A DNA stretch of 64,000 bases. Origin: Aquiluna sp. GTDB taxonomy: Bacteria; Actinomycetota; Actinomycetes; Actinomycetales; Microbacteriaceae. Shown here one piece after another: positions 1-10,993 of the stretch. The translations under genes and the position numbers were made by a program. Positions within the stretch are counted from its first letter, which is position 1, and every line of letters starts with the position of its first letter. The notes under the pieces were generated by a model. It had not been told where the DNA came from. It saw only the letters and a list, made by a program, of their open reading frames with translations, and did not search any database. The DNA is taken from contig JAIOXN010000001.1 of assembly GCA_021741585.1 (NCBI GenBank), forward strand, positions 609,059 to 673,058, in the 5' to 3' direction.

Positions 1-827
1 ATTACATAATCGACTGAGCCTAAGACCAATTGATTGACTAGCTCTTTGCTAAGACCGGAAAGATGACCAAGCATCACCAGTCTTCCTGCAACCTCCGTCA
101 AAGATCGAGCATGCAGGGTTGCCAAGGTCCCTGAGTGCCCGTTATTCATGGCCTGAAGCAGGACGGCCATCTCTTTACCTCGGACTTCACCAACCACAAT
201 CCGATCCGGCCTCATGCGCAGGGTTTCAACTATCAATTGCTGGATGCTTATTTCACCGGCCCCTTCTTGATTGGGTGGCCGCTCTATAAGTGACACGGCA
301 GGTGACCTAAGAATCAATTCAGGTGTCTGCTCAATGCATATCACGCGCTCATTGAGCTCAGCAATCAATGCGGATAGCAGGGTGGTCTTACCTGTTGAAG
401 TTGGGCCGGAAATCAGGATGTTGGCCCTTGATTCAAGAAGTTCCAGCAGAAGCGCCTTGGTCGAAGAATCGAACATGTTGACTTCAAGGAGATGATCTAG
501 CCGAACCGTTTGTTCAACGTGTCGCCTAACGCTCAATTGAGGATTGGGGCTTACACCATGCCCAAGCACCGCATGGAATCTCAATGACCCGACCATAAAG
601 TCAGCCATGGGTTTGGCTATGTCTATTCGAGAACCGGCCTCAAAGGCTAGGTCCGAAATGAATGCGGCAAGTTCGCCGTGAGATACAAAAGGGTTTGGTG
701 CCCTCTCCAAACCATTGCCGCAATCAATGAAGGTATTTTCAAATCCGTCCAGCAACAGATCAGTCACGAGCGGATTTTCAAACTGCCCCTCTAGGGCAGC
801 CGGGAAAAGCCGAGCGAATTTTGTCAT
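1..827 (-). CDS. CpaF/TadA-family type II/IV secretion ATPase (Flp pilus assembly), partial. The N-terminus is at 827 and the 3' end runs off the window start.
   Basis: Manual translation of the minus strand from ATG at 827 gives MTKFARLFPAALEGQFENPL...; Walker A ILISGPTSTGKTT; RPDRIVVGEVRG and LQAMNNGHSGTLATLHA motifs typical of CpaF/TadA. Not in the ORF track because it is split by the window edge. Confidence 0.7.
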   Translation of the reverse strand, partial: MTKFARLFPAALEGQFENPLVTDLLLDGFENTFIDCGNGLERAPNPFVSHGELAAFISDLAFEAGSRIDIAKPMADFMVGSLRFHAVLGHGVSPNPQLSVRRHVEQTVRLDHLLEVNMFDSSTKALLLELLESRANILISGPTSTGKTTLLSALIAELNERVICIEQTPELILRSPAVSLIERPPNQEGAGEISIQQLIVETLRMRPDRIVVGEVRGKEMAVLLQAMNNGHSGTLATLHARSLTEVAGRLVMLGHLSGLSKELVNQLVLGSVDYV

Positions 828-1102
828 GGGCACATGCTGCCCAACGAATAAATCTCACAAAGTCACAAAACAGAATCTGTGGAAAAGAAAAGGGGCGGCA
901 GGTTTGGGGGAAACCTGCCGCCAGGCGGTGCCTGCATGGGGGATGCGTATGGCACCGCTTACTGACCGAAATCAGTTCCATAACTCTATAACACTGTCCC
1001 CCAAACTGGGAAATATTCAGTCATTTCCAAGAATTGGATTTAGTCCAAAAAACATTGGCCAAATCTGGCATTATGAAGGAACGTTTAAAACTAAGGACAA
1101 CG

Positions 1103-3076
1103 ATGTCTTCTGAACACGAAATTGAAAATCTTTCGCATGAATCTAGGAGCTTTGCTCCAAGTGCCGAATTCTCCAAATCAGCCATAGCCCAGCCAAACAT
1201 CTACCAAGACTCCAAAGCAAATCGCCTTGAGTTTTGGGCAGATAGAGCTCGTGAACTTGATTGGAGCAAGCCGTTTACCCAGACCCTGGACTGGAGCAAT
1301 GCGCCATTTGCCAAGTGGTTTGCAGACGGTGAACTCAATGTCAGCTACAACTGCCTGGATCGTCACGTTGAGGCCGGTTTTGGAAAAAGGGTTGCGCTCT
1401 TTTTTGAGGGTGAGCCGGGCGACACCAAGGTGTACACATATCTAGACCTGCTTATTGAAGTTAAGAAAGCGGCGAACGTGCTGCTAAAGCTTGGAGTGAC
1501 CGCAGGCGATCGCGTAGCTATCTATATGCCAATGATTCCGGAGGCAATCATCGCAATGCAGGCAGTGGTTCGCATTGGTGCGGTTCACTCCGTTGTGTTT
1601 GGCGGCTTCAGTGCCGATTCTCTGGCATCCCGAATTCAAGATGCCGAAGCCAAGGTGGTAATTACTGCCGATGGCGGATTCCGCAAAGGTAAGGCCAGCG
1701 CTCTAAAACCAGCGGTCGACGAGGCGATTGCCGATGGCAAATGCCCATCGGTGACAAATGTCTTGGTCGTAAAGAGGACTGGGCAGGATGTTGCTTGGAA
1801 CTCCAGCCTTGACCTGTGGTGGGATGAGGAAATGCACGTTGTTGAAAACGAGCATGTTGCCCAAGGTTTCAATGCAGAGCACCCTCTCTTCATCCTGTAC
1901 ACATCTGGCACCACAGGAAAGCCCAAGGGAATCTTGCACACAACAGGTGGATATCTGACTCAGGCTGCATTCACCCACAAAAACGTTTTTGACCTTCACG
2001 CAGCTCAAGACATTTACTGGTGCACGGCAGATGTGGGGTGGATCACCGGTCACTCATATGTGGCATATGGGCCACTTGCAAATGGAGCCACCCAGGTTAT
2101 CTACGAAGGAACTCCAGACTCACCGGACTGGGGTCGCTGGTGGGATATCGTCCAGAAGTACCACGTCAGCATTCTCTATACCGCTCCAACTGCAATCCGC
2201 TCATTTATGAAGATTGGCTCGAGCGTCACCAAGCACTATGACCTGAGTTCGATCAGAGTGCTTGGTTCGGTTGGTGAATCGATTAACCCTGAAGCCTGGA
2301 TGTGGTACCGAGAGGTAATTGGCTCATCAAAGGCTCCAATTGTTGACACCTGGTGGCAAACCGAAACCGGTGCCATCATGGTGTCACCGTTGCCTGGAAT
2401 CACACACACCAAACCAGGAAGCGCCCAAGTTGCAATCCCAGGAATCGAAATTTCTGTCGTGAACGATGAGGGTCAGGAAATTCAGGCTGGACACGGTGGT
2501 TACCTAACGATCACAGAACCATGGCCATCCATGCTTCGCGGCATCTGGGGAGACCCAGAAAGATTCAAGGAAACCTACTGGTCGCGCTTTGAAGGCAAGT
2601 ACTTCGCCGGCGACGGGGCCAAGCTGGACGAAGACGGAGACCTTTGGTTGCTAGGTCGCGTTGACGATGTGATGAATGTCTCAGGGCACCGACTTTCCAC
2701 AACCGAAATTGAATCCGCCCTGGTATCCCACCCATTTGTCGCTGAAGCAGCAGTGGTTGGTGCCAAAGATGAAACCACCGGCCAGGCAGTAGTTGCCTTC
2801 GTGATTCTTAGGAGAAGCCAGCTTGATCACATCGGATCAGAAGCGGACACCTCGAAGATTCTTCGTGAGCACGTTGCCAAGGAAATTGGAGCCATTGCAA
2901 AACCAAGAACAATTTTTGTTGTGGCAGAGCTTCCAAAAACCCGTTCCGGCAAGATCATGCGCAGACTTTTGAGGGACGTCGCTGAAGATCGCCCAATTGG
3001 TGATGTCACGACCCTTGCTGACACCTCGGTGATGGACACCATCACCGGGAGACTAAATGACGGGGCAAGCGACTAG
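1103..3076 (+). CDS. acs: Acetyl-CoA synthetase (AMP-forming).
   Basis: AMP-binding motif [11 protein letters not shown]; C-terminal [11 protein letters not shown] with the conserved regulatory lysine. The ORF track starts at 1034, but [10 protein letters not shown] at 1103 matches canonical Acs N-termini and has an AAGGA Shine-Dalgarno 5 nt upstream. Confidence 0.9.
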   Translation: MSSEHEIENLSHESRSFAPSAEFSKSAIAQPNIYQDSKANRLEFWADRARELDWSKPFTQTLDWSNAPFAKWFADGELNVSYNCLDRHVEAGFGKRVALFFEGEPGDTKVYTYLDLLIEVKKAANVLLKLGVTAGDRVAIYMPMIPEAIIAMQAVVRIGAVHSVVFGGFSADSLASRIQDAEAKVVITADGGFRKGKASALKPAVDEAIADGKCPSVTNVLVVKRTGQDVAWNSSLDLWWDEEMHVVENEHVAQGFNAEHPLFILYTSGTTGKPKGILHTTGGYLTQAAFTHKNVFDLHAAQDIYWCTADVGWITGHSYVAYGPLANGATQVIYEGTPDSPDWGRWWDIVQKYHVSILYTAPTAIRSFMKIGSSVTKHYDLSSIRVLGSVGESINPEAWMWYREVIGSSKAPIVDTWWQTETGAIMVSPLPGITHTKPGSAQVAIPGIEISVVNDEGQEIQAGHGGYLTITEPWPSMLRGIWGDPERFKETYWSRFEGKYFAGDGAKLDEDGDLWLLGRVDDVMNVSGHRLSTTEIESALVSHPFVAEAAVVGAKDETTGQAVVAFVILRRSQLDHIGSEADTSKILREHVAKEIGAIAKPRTIFVVAELPKTRSGKIMRRLLRDVAEDRPIGDVTTLADTSVMDTITGRLNDGASD

Positions 3077-3514
3077 ATGATAAGAGAGGGCAAAGAATCT
3101 GATTTCGATGCCTTGATTAAATTGCTCGCTGATTTCTCCTCAGAAGCAGGTACGAGCGTTCCCACTAATCACTTGAAGAACGCGCTCTTGCCGCTTCTTG
3201 AAGGCACTGAACTTGGCGAAATCTTGGTGCTGGATCTTGAAGAAGAAATTGTTGGCTATTTGGCGATTGGCTATGGCTGGGGAATTGAATCTGGCGGCAA
3301 GGAGGCGCTCTTTGATGAGATCTTCATTCGCAGTGACTATCGCAATCAGGGACACGGCAAGACGCTGATCCGGCGCGCACTTGCCCACGTCAAAAACCAA
3401 GGAGCTAAAACCGTTTTCCTGGAAACCGAAGCATCAAACCCGGATTCTAGAGAGCTCTATCAAGCTTTGGGCTTCGAGGTTGAAGACTCGATATGGATGC
3501 GGGTGCAAATCTAG
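3077..3514 (+). CDS. GNAT-family N-acetyltransferase (145 aa), translationally coupled to acs.
   Basis: Its ATG immediately follows the acs TAG stop. Acetyl-CoA-binding-type motif RNQGHGKTLIRRAL; GNAT-like length and fold signature. Confidence 0.7.
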   Translation: MIREGKESDFDALIKLLADFSSEAGTSVPTNHLKNALLPLLEGTELGEILVLDLEEEIVGYLAIGYGWGIESGGKEALFDEIFIRSDYRNQGHGKTLIRRALAHVKNQGAKTVFLETEASNPDSRELYQALGFEVEDSIWMRVQI

Positions 3515-3522
3515 GCGCGCCC

Positions 3523-4611
3523 CTAGCCCAACAGTCGATGCATGAGACCTTCAAGAGGGCCTCTTGAAAACCGCTTCCTCCAAAACCAGGAGAAGGCAAT
3601 TGCGCAGATGCTGAAAACAGAACTCGACACCACTACCCACGAAAGGCTTTGGTCGTATAAAAGCCCCAGTTGATCTAGAATTCCCATTCCCACCAGCACG
3701 TGCCCTACATAAATAGTTAGGGCAAGTTGACCGGTTGACACCAATGGTTCGATAACTCTTGCCGAAGCCTTTTCCCCAATCCAGAGTGCAAAAACAATAA
3801 TCAGAACAGCGGTTCCGGCCCCTGCAAGCAAATACAGCGGGAAGGGCGGAATGGGGTCGGTTGACAAAAGAAATCTTGCACTTTGCGGATCAAGATTCGA
3901 GTGGTCACTACCTCGAATACCAAGAGCAAAGAAAGCAAGCACTTCGCTAATTAGGGCTACTGCCCCGGCGCGTATTGCCAGCTTCATCCTCCAGGCCTGA
4001 TCGCTTAGGTTTGTCCTTCCCAACCACATTCCAAATAGATAGAAAGTAATCCAAGGGAAAACTGGGTGAAATCCATCAAAAAATAGGTTGCGGAGAAATC
4101 CCTGCGGGGTAAAGAGCCCCTCATAAGCCAAGCTGTTTAGGTCCCAGTTCTGAAATGGATCAAAAGTAACCAAAAAGACCAGCGAAATCGTGATTGCAGA
4201 AACTCCAATAATCCAAAGTTTTCGGCTTGAGACAAACAGAAGCGCAGCGCCTATTGCCAAATAGGCGCCATAGAAGTGGAGGATGTCAGCTGGCCAGATT
4301 GGGAAGAAGAGCCAGCCAATAACAAAGAGAAATAGTGCTCGTTTAGCTAACCGGATTCGAGCGATTCGCTTTGAATCTGAGTCACCTGCTTCGCGAGCCC
4401 TGCGAGATGCCAGGGAGGCCCCGATGCCTGCGAGAACCACAAAAAGTGCGGCAGCGCGACCATCGAACATTGAAACCAAATAGTGCAACCACTGAGGTCC
4501 AGATTCAGTCGCACCCATGGTTACCTTGAAGTTCACCAGCACCATACCCAGGATCGCAAAGGCACGAGCCAAGTCGAGACCAACCAGGCGAGTATTTTGT
4601 GGCTTATTCAA
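3523..4611 (-). CDS. DUF418/YeiB-family polytopic membrane protein.
   Basis: Multiple TM helices; C-terminal FSRGPLEGLMHRLLG resembles the DUF418 RGPLEWLWR signature. Confidence 0.55.
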   Translation of the reverse strand: MNKPQNTRLVGLDLARAFAILGMVLVNFKVTMGATESGPQWLHYLVSMFDGRAAALFVVLAGIGASLASRRAREAGDSDSKRIARIRLAKRALFLFVIGWLFFPIWPADILHFYGAYLAIGAALLFVSSRKLWIIGVSAITISLVFLVTFDPFQNWDLNSLAYEGLFTPQGFLRNLFFDGFHPVFPWITFYLFGMWLGRTNLSDQAWRMKLAIRAGAVALISEVLAFFALGIRGSDHSNLDPQSARFLLSTDPIPPFPLYLLAGAGTAVLIIVFALWIGEKASARVIEPLVSTGQLALTIYVGHVLVGMGILDQLGLLYDQSLSWVVVSSSVFSICAIAFSWFWRKRFSRGPLEGLMHRLLG

Positions 4612-4638
4612 AGCTTCACTTCGGAGTCAGTTTTCTAA

Positions 4639-5100
4639 CTACCGAAATTCCACAATCAGCTCAACCTCAACCGGAGCATCTAGCGGCAGGGCTGCAACAC
4701 CAACTGCACTTCTAGCGTGCTTGCCAGCTTCGCCAAAAACCTTCTCCAAAAACTCTGATGCGCCGTTGAGCACGGTTGGTTGTGCTGTGAAATCTGGCGT
4801 TGATGCTACAAAGCCGACCACTTTAACAATCTTGGTGATGCGATCGAGGTCGCCGATCACGCTTTTCACTGCAGCAATTGCATTAAGAACACACCGCTGG
4901 GCGATGATCTTGCCCTCTTCGGCAGTTAGATCTTCGCCAACTTTTCCGGTGGCTATGAGTTTGCCGTCAACTAGCGGAATTTGACCGGCTGTGAAAACGA
5001 GATTTCCGGATATCACCGCTGGAAGATATGCCCCTGCCGGTGGTGCTACCGGAGGAAGCTCTAGACCTAATTCTGCAATTCTTGCCTCGAAGCCACTCAT
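4639..5100 (-). CDS. ridA: RidA/YjgF-family reactive-intermediate deaminase.
   Basis: 153 aa, YjgF/chorismate-mutase-like fold signature, PLD...VEVE C-terminus typical of the family. Confidence 0.7.
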   Translation of the reverse strand: MSGFEARIAELGLELPPVAPPAGAYLPAVISGNLVFTAGQIPLVDGKLIATGKVGEDLTAEEGKIIAQRCVLNAIAAVKSVIGDLDRITKIVKVVGFVASTPDFTAQPTVLNGASEFLEKVFGEAGKHARSAVGVAALPLDAPVEVELIVEFR

Positions 5101-5252
5101 TACTCAGCCGCCTTTTTCAAGAACGCAATCAATCCACCCTGAGGGCCTTGGGTTACCTGAACCAGCTCCCAACCCTGGGCTCCCCAGGTATTTAGAATCT
5201 GGGTTTCCTTGTGAAGTAGAAGGGGTGTTGTGACGTATTCCCACTTGGTCAT
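5100..5252 (-). CDS. DUF4177-like small protein (50 aa), unlisted small ORF overlapping the ridA start in a TAATG junction.
   Basis: Manual translation: MTKWEYVTTPLLLHKETQILNTWGAQGWELVQVTQGPQGGLIAFLKKAAE. Below the 60-aa cutoff of the ORF track. The DUF4177 family is commonly paired with RidA in Actinobacteria. Confidence 0.5.
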   Translation of the reverse strand: MTKWEYVTTPLLLHKETQILNTWGAQGWELVQVTQGPQGGLIAFLKKAAE

Positions 5253-5272
5253 TTACAGCTCCGTTTCAGCTA

Positions 5273-7843
5273 ATGAGAGGTAACCTAGAGTCTATGTCCG
5301 GAAAGAGTTCCTTCTCCGCACTCGCAAACTTTTTGAAGTTCGGGTTGCTTAGCGCCGTTGCAGGTGTGTTGTCCGTTGCAATTTTGGCCCCGGCAGTTGC
5401 CGTTGCAGGTGTGGTAGCCACCACAACTGTTGGCATGTTTGAGGGGCTTCCCACTTATATTCGCCCGGTCAATGCCTCGCAATCCTCAAGCATTTATGCA
5501 CTGAGAGACGGCAGCCCGGAGAAAATAGCAACCTTCTTCCACGAGAACCGAGTTGAGGTCCCGTTTGAGGAGATTTCACCAAATCTCATCAATGCAGTGA
5601 TCGCAACAGAAGACCCAAGATTTTATGAGCACGGTGGCGTGGATATCATCTCCTTGCTACGCGCAACCCTCACGAATCTTGCAACCTTCGGTGATGGCCC
5701 CGGTGCATCAACAATCACCATGCAATATGTAAGGCAATCACAGGTTGAGGTTGCGAATCTTTCTGGCGATGCCGAGGCTATCGCATTGGCCACCGAGGTA
5801 ACGATCGAGCGCAAGCTAAAGGAAATTCGCCTAGCGATCGCCCTTGAAAAAGAGGTAAGCAAGAAGGATATTCTTGCTGGGTACTTGAACCTGGTTTTCT
5901 TGGGTAACCAAATCAATGGTGTCGAGACCGCTTCTCAGTATTACTTTGGAACAAGTGCTAAAAACCTGAACATTCCTCAGGCTGCTTACTTGGCAGGAAT
6001 GCTCAAATCGCCAAATGATTACAAGCCCGATTCCTCAAAGAATCTAGAACGCGGAATCGGTCGTCGTAACTATGTTCTGCAAAACATGGCAGACGAGGGC
6101 TACATCACACAGGATCAGGCTGATGCTTACAAGGCATCTCCAATTCAGACTCTAATCACCAAGTCTCGACAGGGCTGCGAAGAAAACCAGGAGACTGCTT
6201 TCTTCTGTGACTTCACGGTATGGACAATCCGAAACTCTCCAGAATTTGGACAGGAGCTTGCAGATCGTGAACAGCTTCTGCGCCGCGGTGGTCTAGAGAT
6301 TTACACGTCCTTGGACCTTGACGCACAAAGTGCCGCATGGAAAGCCACGATGGAAATGCTGCCTCCGGAAAACGAGTGGGGCTTTGGCACCGCATCGGTT
6401 TCCGTGGAGGTTGGAACCGGCCGAGTTATTGCAATGGCCCAGAACAGATATTTCGACCAGTCCGACAACCCCGATGTTGGTCGCACCAGCGTGAACTACA
6501 ACACCGATAAGCCATATGGTGGATCGTCAGGTTTCCAGCCCGGATCAACCTACAAGGTTTTCACCTTGGCCGAATGGCTTAAGAATGGCTACACCCTGGG
6601 TGACCACGTCGATGGCCGAATCTACACCGGTGAAGATGTTGACTTGGATGGCGAACCAGACAAGGTGAAGATTTGGGATGTTGCCAAAGACTTCTATGCA
6701 AGCTGTGGTGGAGTTGGTGGCTTGTGGGAGGTTAACAACTCCGGAGACAAGACCATTGACGACATCAGCGTCTACCAAGCAGTTGTCACCTCCCAGAACA
6801 CTGCCTTTGCGGCAATGGCGTCTCAGCTAGACCTGTGTGGAATTAGAGACACCGCCCAATCTTTCGGCGTGCACCGAGCGGATGGCAGCGATCTAGAGTA
6901 CGTTCCGGCTTCCATTCTGGGAACCAACGAAATTGCACCACTAACCATGGCTGCCGCTTACGCCGGCATTTCAAATAATGGTCTTTACTGCTCACCAATT
7001 GCGATCGACAAGGTAATCCTTAGAAAGACCGGCGAGGAACTGGCAGTACCTCAAAGCCAGTGCAGCCAAGCAGTCAGTCCCGAAATTTCCGCTGCCATGA
7101 TTCACGCCATGAAAGGCGTAGTTTCTGGCGGAACCGGAGCAGCTGCAAATCCTAATGATGGGACTCCATTAGCCGGAAAGACCGGTACAACCGACGATCG
7201 TATTCATACCTGGATGACAGGATTCTCAACCGCAGTGGCTACTGCAACCTGGGTTGGTAACGTGATTGGTCTAACCTCACAATCAAGCAAGAGCGTTGAG
7301 GGAAGAGCAGTATCAACTATCCGTCACTCCATCTGGAAAGCCATCATGACAAAAGTTGATGAGCTATACCCAGGCGAAAGATTCCCGGATGCGAGTTCGA
7401 TTTATGTAAATGCTCAGGTTCTTGGAGTTCCTTTGGTCGAAGGTTATGAACTAGAGAGCGCAAAGGCCGCTTTGGTGTCTGCCGGTTTCGCAGTCGATGT
7501 TGTGGAAACAGCAATTCTTTCCAGTCAGCCAGCAGGCATGGTGGCAAGAACATCTCCCGAATTTGGCGAGCAAATTCCACGAGGTTCAATCGTGAAAATC
7601 TACATTTCGGCTGGGGGAAAGCTGATTGTGCCCGATGTTCGCGGATTGGCATTGCAAGATGCTGCGTTACTTCTTGAGAGTGCTGGCCTAATCGTTTCGT
7701 TGCCGCAGCCAAGTCAATTTTTACTTCTAAACCAATGCGATCCGTTGTTAGAAAATGACCTGGCTTTGTCTAGCCTTCCAGCGCCAGGTGCAGAGGTTTC
7801 CATGAACTCTGCAATCGTCTTGATACCAAACCGATGTGGCTAA
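5273..7843 (+). CDS. ponA: Class A penicillin-binding protein (GT51 transglycosylase + transpeptidase) with C-terminal PASTA domain.
   Basis: GT51 motif EDPRFYEHGGVD; transpeptidase STYK-like motif (GSTYKVFT); C-terminal PASTA-like segment VPDVRGLALQDAALLLESAGL. N-terminal TM anchor. The start could be at MSGKSS (7 codons in). Confidence 0.85.
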   Translation: MRGNLESMSGKSSFSALANFLKFGLLSAVAGVLSVAILAPAVAVAGVVATTTVGMFEGLPTYIRPVNASQSSSIYALRDGSPEKIATFFHENRVEVPFEEISPNLINAVIATEDPRFYEHGGVDIISLLRATLTNLATFGDGPGASTITMQYVRQSQVEVANLSGDAEAIALATEVTIERKLKEIRLAIALEKEVSKKDILAGYLNLVFLGNQINGVETASQYYFGTSAKNLNIPQAAYLAGMLKSPNDYKPDSSKNLERGIGRRNYVLQNMADEGYITQDQADAYKASPIQTLITKSRQGCEENQETAFFCDFTVWTIRNSPEFGQELADREQLLRRGGLEIYTSLDLDAQSAAWKATMEMLPPENEWGFGTASVSVEVGTGRVIAMAQNRYFDQSDNPDVGRTSVNYNTDKPYGGSSGFQPGSTYKVFTLAEWLKNGYTLGDHVDGRIYTGEDVDLDGEPDKVKIWDVAKDFYASCGGVGGLWEVNNSGDKTIDDISVYQAVVTSQNTAFAAMASQLDLCGIRDTAQSFGVHRADGSDLEYVPASILGTNEIAPLTMAAAYAGISNNGLYCSPIAIDKVILRKTGEELAVPQSQCSQAVSPEISAAMIHAMKGVVSGGTGAAANPNDGTPLAGKTGTTDDRIHTWMTGFSTAVATATWVGNVIGLTSQSSKSVEGRAVSTIRHSIWKAIMTKVDELYPGERFPDASSIYVNAQVLGVPLVEGYELESAKAALVSAGFAVDVVETAILSSQPAGMVARTSPEFGEQIPRGSIVKIYISAGGKLIVPDVRGLALQDAALLLESAGLIVSLPQPSQFLLLNQCDPLLENDLALSSLPAPGAEVSMNSAIVLIPNRCG

Positions 7844-8661
7844 GCGGCAACGCAGGCCCGTTCGAGGTTATTGAACTCGAGGGGAAGCTGGGCCTCAAAA
7901 GTCCGCTTCGAATTCTCCATATTTCGGATTTGCATTTTGCCCCTGGGCAGAATGCAAAGCGCTCGTTCCTGAAGGACCTTGCCTTTCTAAAGCCAGATTT
8001 GGTTGTGAACACCGGAGATAACCTCGGCCACAAAGATGCCATCAATCCAACCTTGGATGCGCTTGCACCACTGCTGGATTTCCCCGGGGTCTTTGTGAAC
8101 GGTTCAAACGATTATCGGAGCCCAAGCCCGAGAAATCCGTTCAAATATTTCGCCGGCCCTTCCGACGTTCCTGCCAAACCGAACCTTGATACAAATAGAT
8201 TCACAACCGAACTCACGAATGCGGGCTGGCTCGATCTGAACAATTCCTCAGGAAGCCTCGACATACAAAATCAAAAACTTGGTTTTCTTGGGCTTGATGA
8301 CCCTCACGAAAATCTTGATGATCTCCCATCATTGCCTAAACAGGCTGCTGAAATCTCTGGATCGGATTTGGTGATTGGAGTTTCCCACGCCCCGTACCTT
8401 CGAGTGATCGAGGCCTTCGGCAACTTCGGTGCGCAATTGATGTTTGCTGGCCACACCCATGGCGGACAGATTTGCATGCCTGGCACCAGAGCACTTGTTA
8501 CCAACTGCGATTTACCAACCAAATACGCCCAGGGGCTTTCAGCATGGAAGGGCCAGACAAACGACACCATGTTGCATGTTAGCGGCGGTATGGGTTGCTC
8601 GATTTACGCACCGGTCAGGCTGTTTTGCCCGCCGAGTGCAACCTTGCTTACTGTTTCTTAG
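7834..8661 (+). CDS. Metallophosphoesterase (calcineurin-like).
   Basis: ILHISDLHF...GDN...GSNDY...GHTHGGQ metal-ligand motifs. Conserved partner of ponA2 in actinobacteria. Confidence 0.8.
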   Translation: MWLSGNAGPFEVIELEGKLGLKSPLRILHISDLHFAPGQNAKRSFLKDLAFLKPDLVVNTGDNLGHKDAINPTLDALAPLLDFPGVFVNGSNDYRSPSPRNPFKYFAGPSDVPAKPNLDTNRFTTELTNAGWLDLNNSSGSLDIQNQKLGFLGLDDPHENLDDLPSLPKQAAEISGSDLVIGVSHAPYLRVIEAFGNFGAQLMFAGHTHGGQICMPGTRALVTNCDLPTKYAQGLSAWKGQTNDTMLHVSGGMGCSIYAPVRLFCPPSATLLTVS

Positions 8662-9725
8662 GCGAGTTCCTGAGCTACTAGCTCAGCAATTTCGTAGGTG
8701 TTTAGGGCTGCACCCTTGCGAAGGTTGTCCCCCACAACAAACAAGTCGATGGTGTTTGGGAAATCCTCTGCCTGGCGAATGCGTCCAACAAATGTTGGGT
8801 CTTGGCCGGCAACAAATGCTGGAGTTGGAAATACACCATTTGCAGGATCGTCCATCACAACAACGGTTGGCTGCTTTTCTAGCTCAGCCCGAACCTCATC
8901 TGCGGTGATGTCCTTGGCGAAGGTTGCGTGAACGGCAAGAGAGTGAGAGACCTGCACCGGAACGCGCACACAAGTTGCAGCAACCTTGAGGTCCTTGATT
9001 CCCAGAATCTTGCGAGATTCGTTGCGAACCTTAAGCTCCTCAGAGGTGTGACCGCCCTCTTTTAGCCCACCAGCAACTGGAATCACGTTCATTGCAATTG
9101 GCACAGCCCATGGAGAATCTGACTGCTTTAGTCCGGCTGCACTAAGAATCTCTGAAACGTTATTGCTTTTAAGTCCTGCCTCGGAGTGGCCACCAACTGC
9201 AGCAATTTCTGCGGCTAGCTGATCAATTCCAGGAGCTCCCGCACCTGATACAGCCTGATAACTGGAAACGACCAACTCGGTCAGGGTCCACTTGCTGTGC
9301 AGTGCGCCAAGGGCCGCCATCATGGTCAGTGTGGTGCAGTTAGGGTTTGCAATGATGCCAAGTGGTCTTGACTTTGCTGCAAATGGGTTTACCTCTGGCA
9401 CGACCAAAGGAACCTCAGGGTTCATTCGGAATGCTGCCGAGTTGTCGACACAAACCACGCCCTTGGCAGCTGCGATTGGAGCCCAAACCTCAGAAACCTC
9501 ATCTGGGACATCGAACATTGCAATGTCGATGCCGTCGAATGCCTCATCGGAGAGTGCAACAACGGTGTGAGGCTTGCCGTGAACCACAATCTCTTTGCCG
9601 GCGCTTCTTGCAGAAGCGATCAGGCGAATTTCTCCCCAGATGTTTTCACGAGCATTAATAATCGAAATCATTACGGTGCCAACGGCCCCGGTTGCTCCAA
9701 CTAGGGCGAGATTAGGCTTTGACAT
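8658..9725 (-). CDS. asd: Aspartate-semialdehyde dehydrogenase.
   Basis: N-terminal [11 protein letters not shown] Rossmann motif; 355 aa; sits directly downstream of ask as in the conserved ask-asd operon. Confidence 0.9.
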   Translation of the reverse strand: MSKPNLALVGATGAVGTVMISIINARENIWGEIRLIASARSAGKEIVVHGKPHTVVALSDEAFDGIDIAMFDVPDEVSEVWAPIAAAKGVVCVDNSAAFRMNPEVPLVVPEVNPFAAKSRPLGIIANPNCTTLTMMAALGALHSKWTLTELVVSSYQAVSGAGAPGIDQLAAEIAAVGGHSEAGLKSNNVSEILSAAGLKQSDSPWAVPIAMNVIPVAGGLKEGGHTSEELKVRNESRKILGIKDLKVAATCVRVPVQVSHSLAVHATFAKDITADEVRAELEKQPTVVVMDDPANGVFPTPAFVAGQDPTFVGRIRQAEDFPNTIDLFVVGDNLRKGAALNTYEIAELVAQELA

Positions 9726-9727
9726 TA

Positions 9728-10993
9728 TTACCTTCCAGTTCCTGCGTAGATGATTGCGGTATCAGCCGCATCCAATTCGAATGCGGTGTGGACGATGCGG
9801 GTTGCCTCTTTGAGCTGGTCTGCTCTAGTGACAACGGAAATTCGAATCTCGGAGGTTGAAATCATCTCGATGTTGATTCCGGCCTTGGCAAGTGCACCGA
9901 ACAACTTGGCCGAAACACCGGAGGATGTCTTCATGCCGGCACCGACGATCGAAAGCTTTCCAATCTCATCGTCGTAGTTCACGCTCTTGAAACCAACTTC
10001 TTCTTGCTTGCTCTTGAGTTCCTCAACTACCTTGTGGCGATCTGAGTGCGGCAAGGTCAATGAGATGTCAGAGAGGTGATTCTCGGTGGTGGAGACGTTC
10101 TGAACGATCATGTCGATGTTTGCGCCAGCTTCGGCAATGATCTGGAAGATTTCTGCTGCCTTACCTGGGCGGTCCGGAACTCCAACGACTGTGATCTTGG
10201 ATTGAGTGTCATCGGTTGCTACTCCCGAAACAATAGGCTCTTCCATTTCATCTCCTGGTTGATTGGTATAAACAAGTGTGCCTGGGTCAAGGCTGAATGT
10301 GGAGCGAACCCTCAGTGGCACACCGTGCCTTCTTGCAAATTCAACTGCTCGTATATAAAGAATCTTCGCGCCAGAGGAGGAAAGCTCCAACATCGAATCA
10401 ACATCGATCTGGGCAAGCTTTCTGGCTCTTGGAACAACGCGTGGGTCTGCGGTGTAGACACCATCAACATCCGAGTAAATCTCACAGACATCAGCACCAA
10501 GGCCAGCTGCAAGTGCAACAGCTGTGGTGTCAGATCCACCACGACCTAAGGTTGTGACATCTCCGGTTTCAAAGCTAAAACCCTGGAAGCCGGCAACAAT
10601 CGCAACCTCGTTGTTAGCTAGTGCTTCTTTCACGCGGGTTGGTTCGATCTTCCAGATTCGAGCTGAACCGTGTGAAGAGTCTGTTGAAATACCTGCCTGG
10701 TAGCCGGTGAAAGACTTTGAGGCCCCGCCCATATCCTGGATTGCCATAGCTAAAAGCGACATAGAAATGCGCTCACCGGCGGTTAGCAGCATGTCCATCT
10801 CGCGACCGCCGCGCTTTGAAGAAACTGAGTCAGCAAGGTCGATTAGTTCATCGGTGGTGTCGCCCATGGCAGAGACCACAACACAAACCTGATTGCCCTC
10901 AGCCTGGGTCTTAAGCACGCGCGCAGCGACGTGCTTGATCTTCTCAGCGTCAGAGACGGAAGATCCACCGTATTTCTGCACAATTAGTGCCAA
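9728..10993 (-). CDS. lysC: Aspartate kinase, with TTG as the true start. An in-frame internal start at 10244..10246 probably yields a beta regulatory subunit (9728..10246).
   Basis: AAGGAG Shine-Dalgarno 6 nt upstream of TTG gives [12 protein letters not shown], matching C. glutamicum LysC MALVVQKYGG. The ORF-track ATG at 11038 adds 15 residues with no homology. Internal GGAGATGAAATG gives [12 protein letters not shown], which parallels LysC-beta MEEAVLTGVATD. Confidence 0.85.
   Translation of the reverse strand: MALIVQKYGGSSVSDAEKIKHVAARVLKTQAEGNQVCVVVSAMGDTTDELIDLADSVSSKRGGREMDMLLTAGERISMSLLAMAIQDMGGASKSFTGYQAGISTDSSHGSARIWKIEPTRVKEALANNEVAIVAGFQGFSFETGDVTTLGRGGSDTTAVALAAGLGADVCEIYSDVDGVYTADPRVVPRARKLAQIDVDSMLELSSSGAKILYIRAVEFARRHGVPLRVRSTFSLDPGTLVYTNQPGDEMEEPIVSGVATDDTQSKITVVGVPDRPGKAAEIFQIIAEAGANIDMIVQNVSTTENHLSDISLTLPHSDRHKVVEELKSKQEEVGFKSVNYDDEIGKLSIVGAGMKTSSGVSAKLFGALAKAGINIEMISTSEIRISVVTRADQLKEATRIVHTAFELDAADTAIIYAGTGR

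Noticed and set aside
271-981. ORF-track entries 271..495(+), 715..1113(+) and 778..981(-).
   Set aside because: They lie inside or antisense to the clearly coding CpaF/TadA gene (1..827, minus) or in its promoter region. No recognisable domains; treated as frame artefacts.
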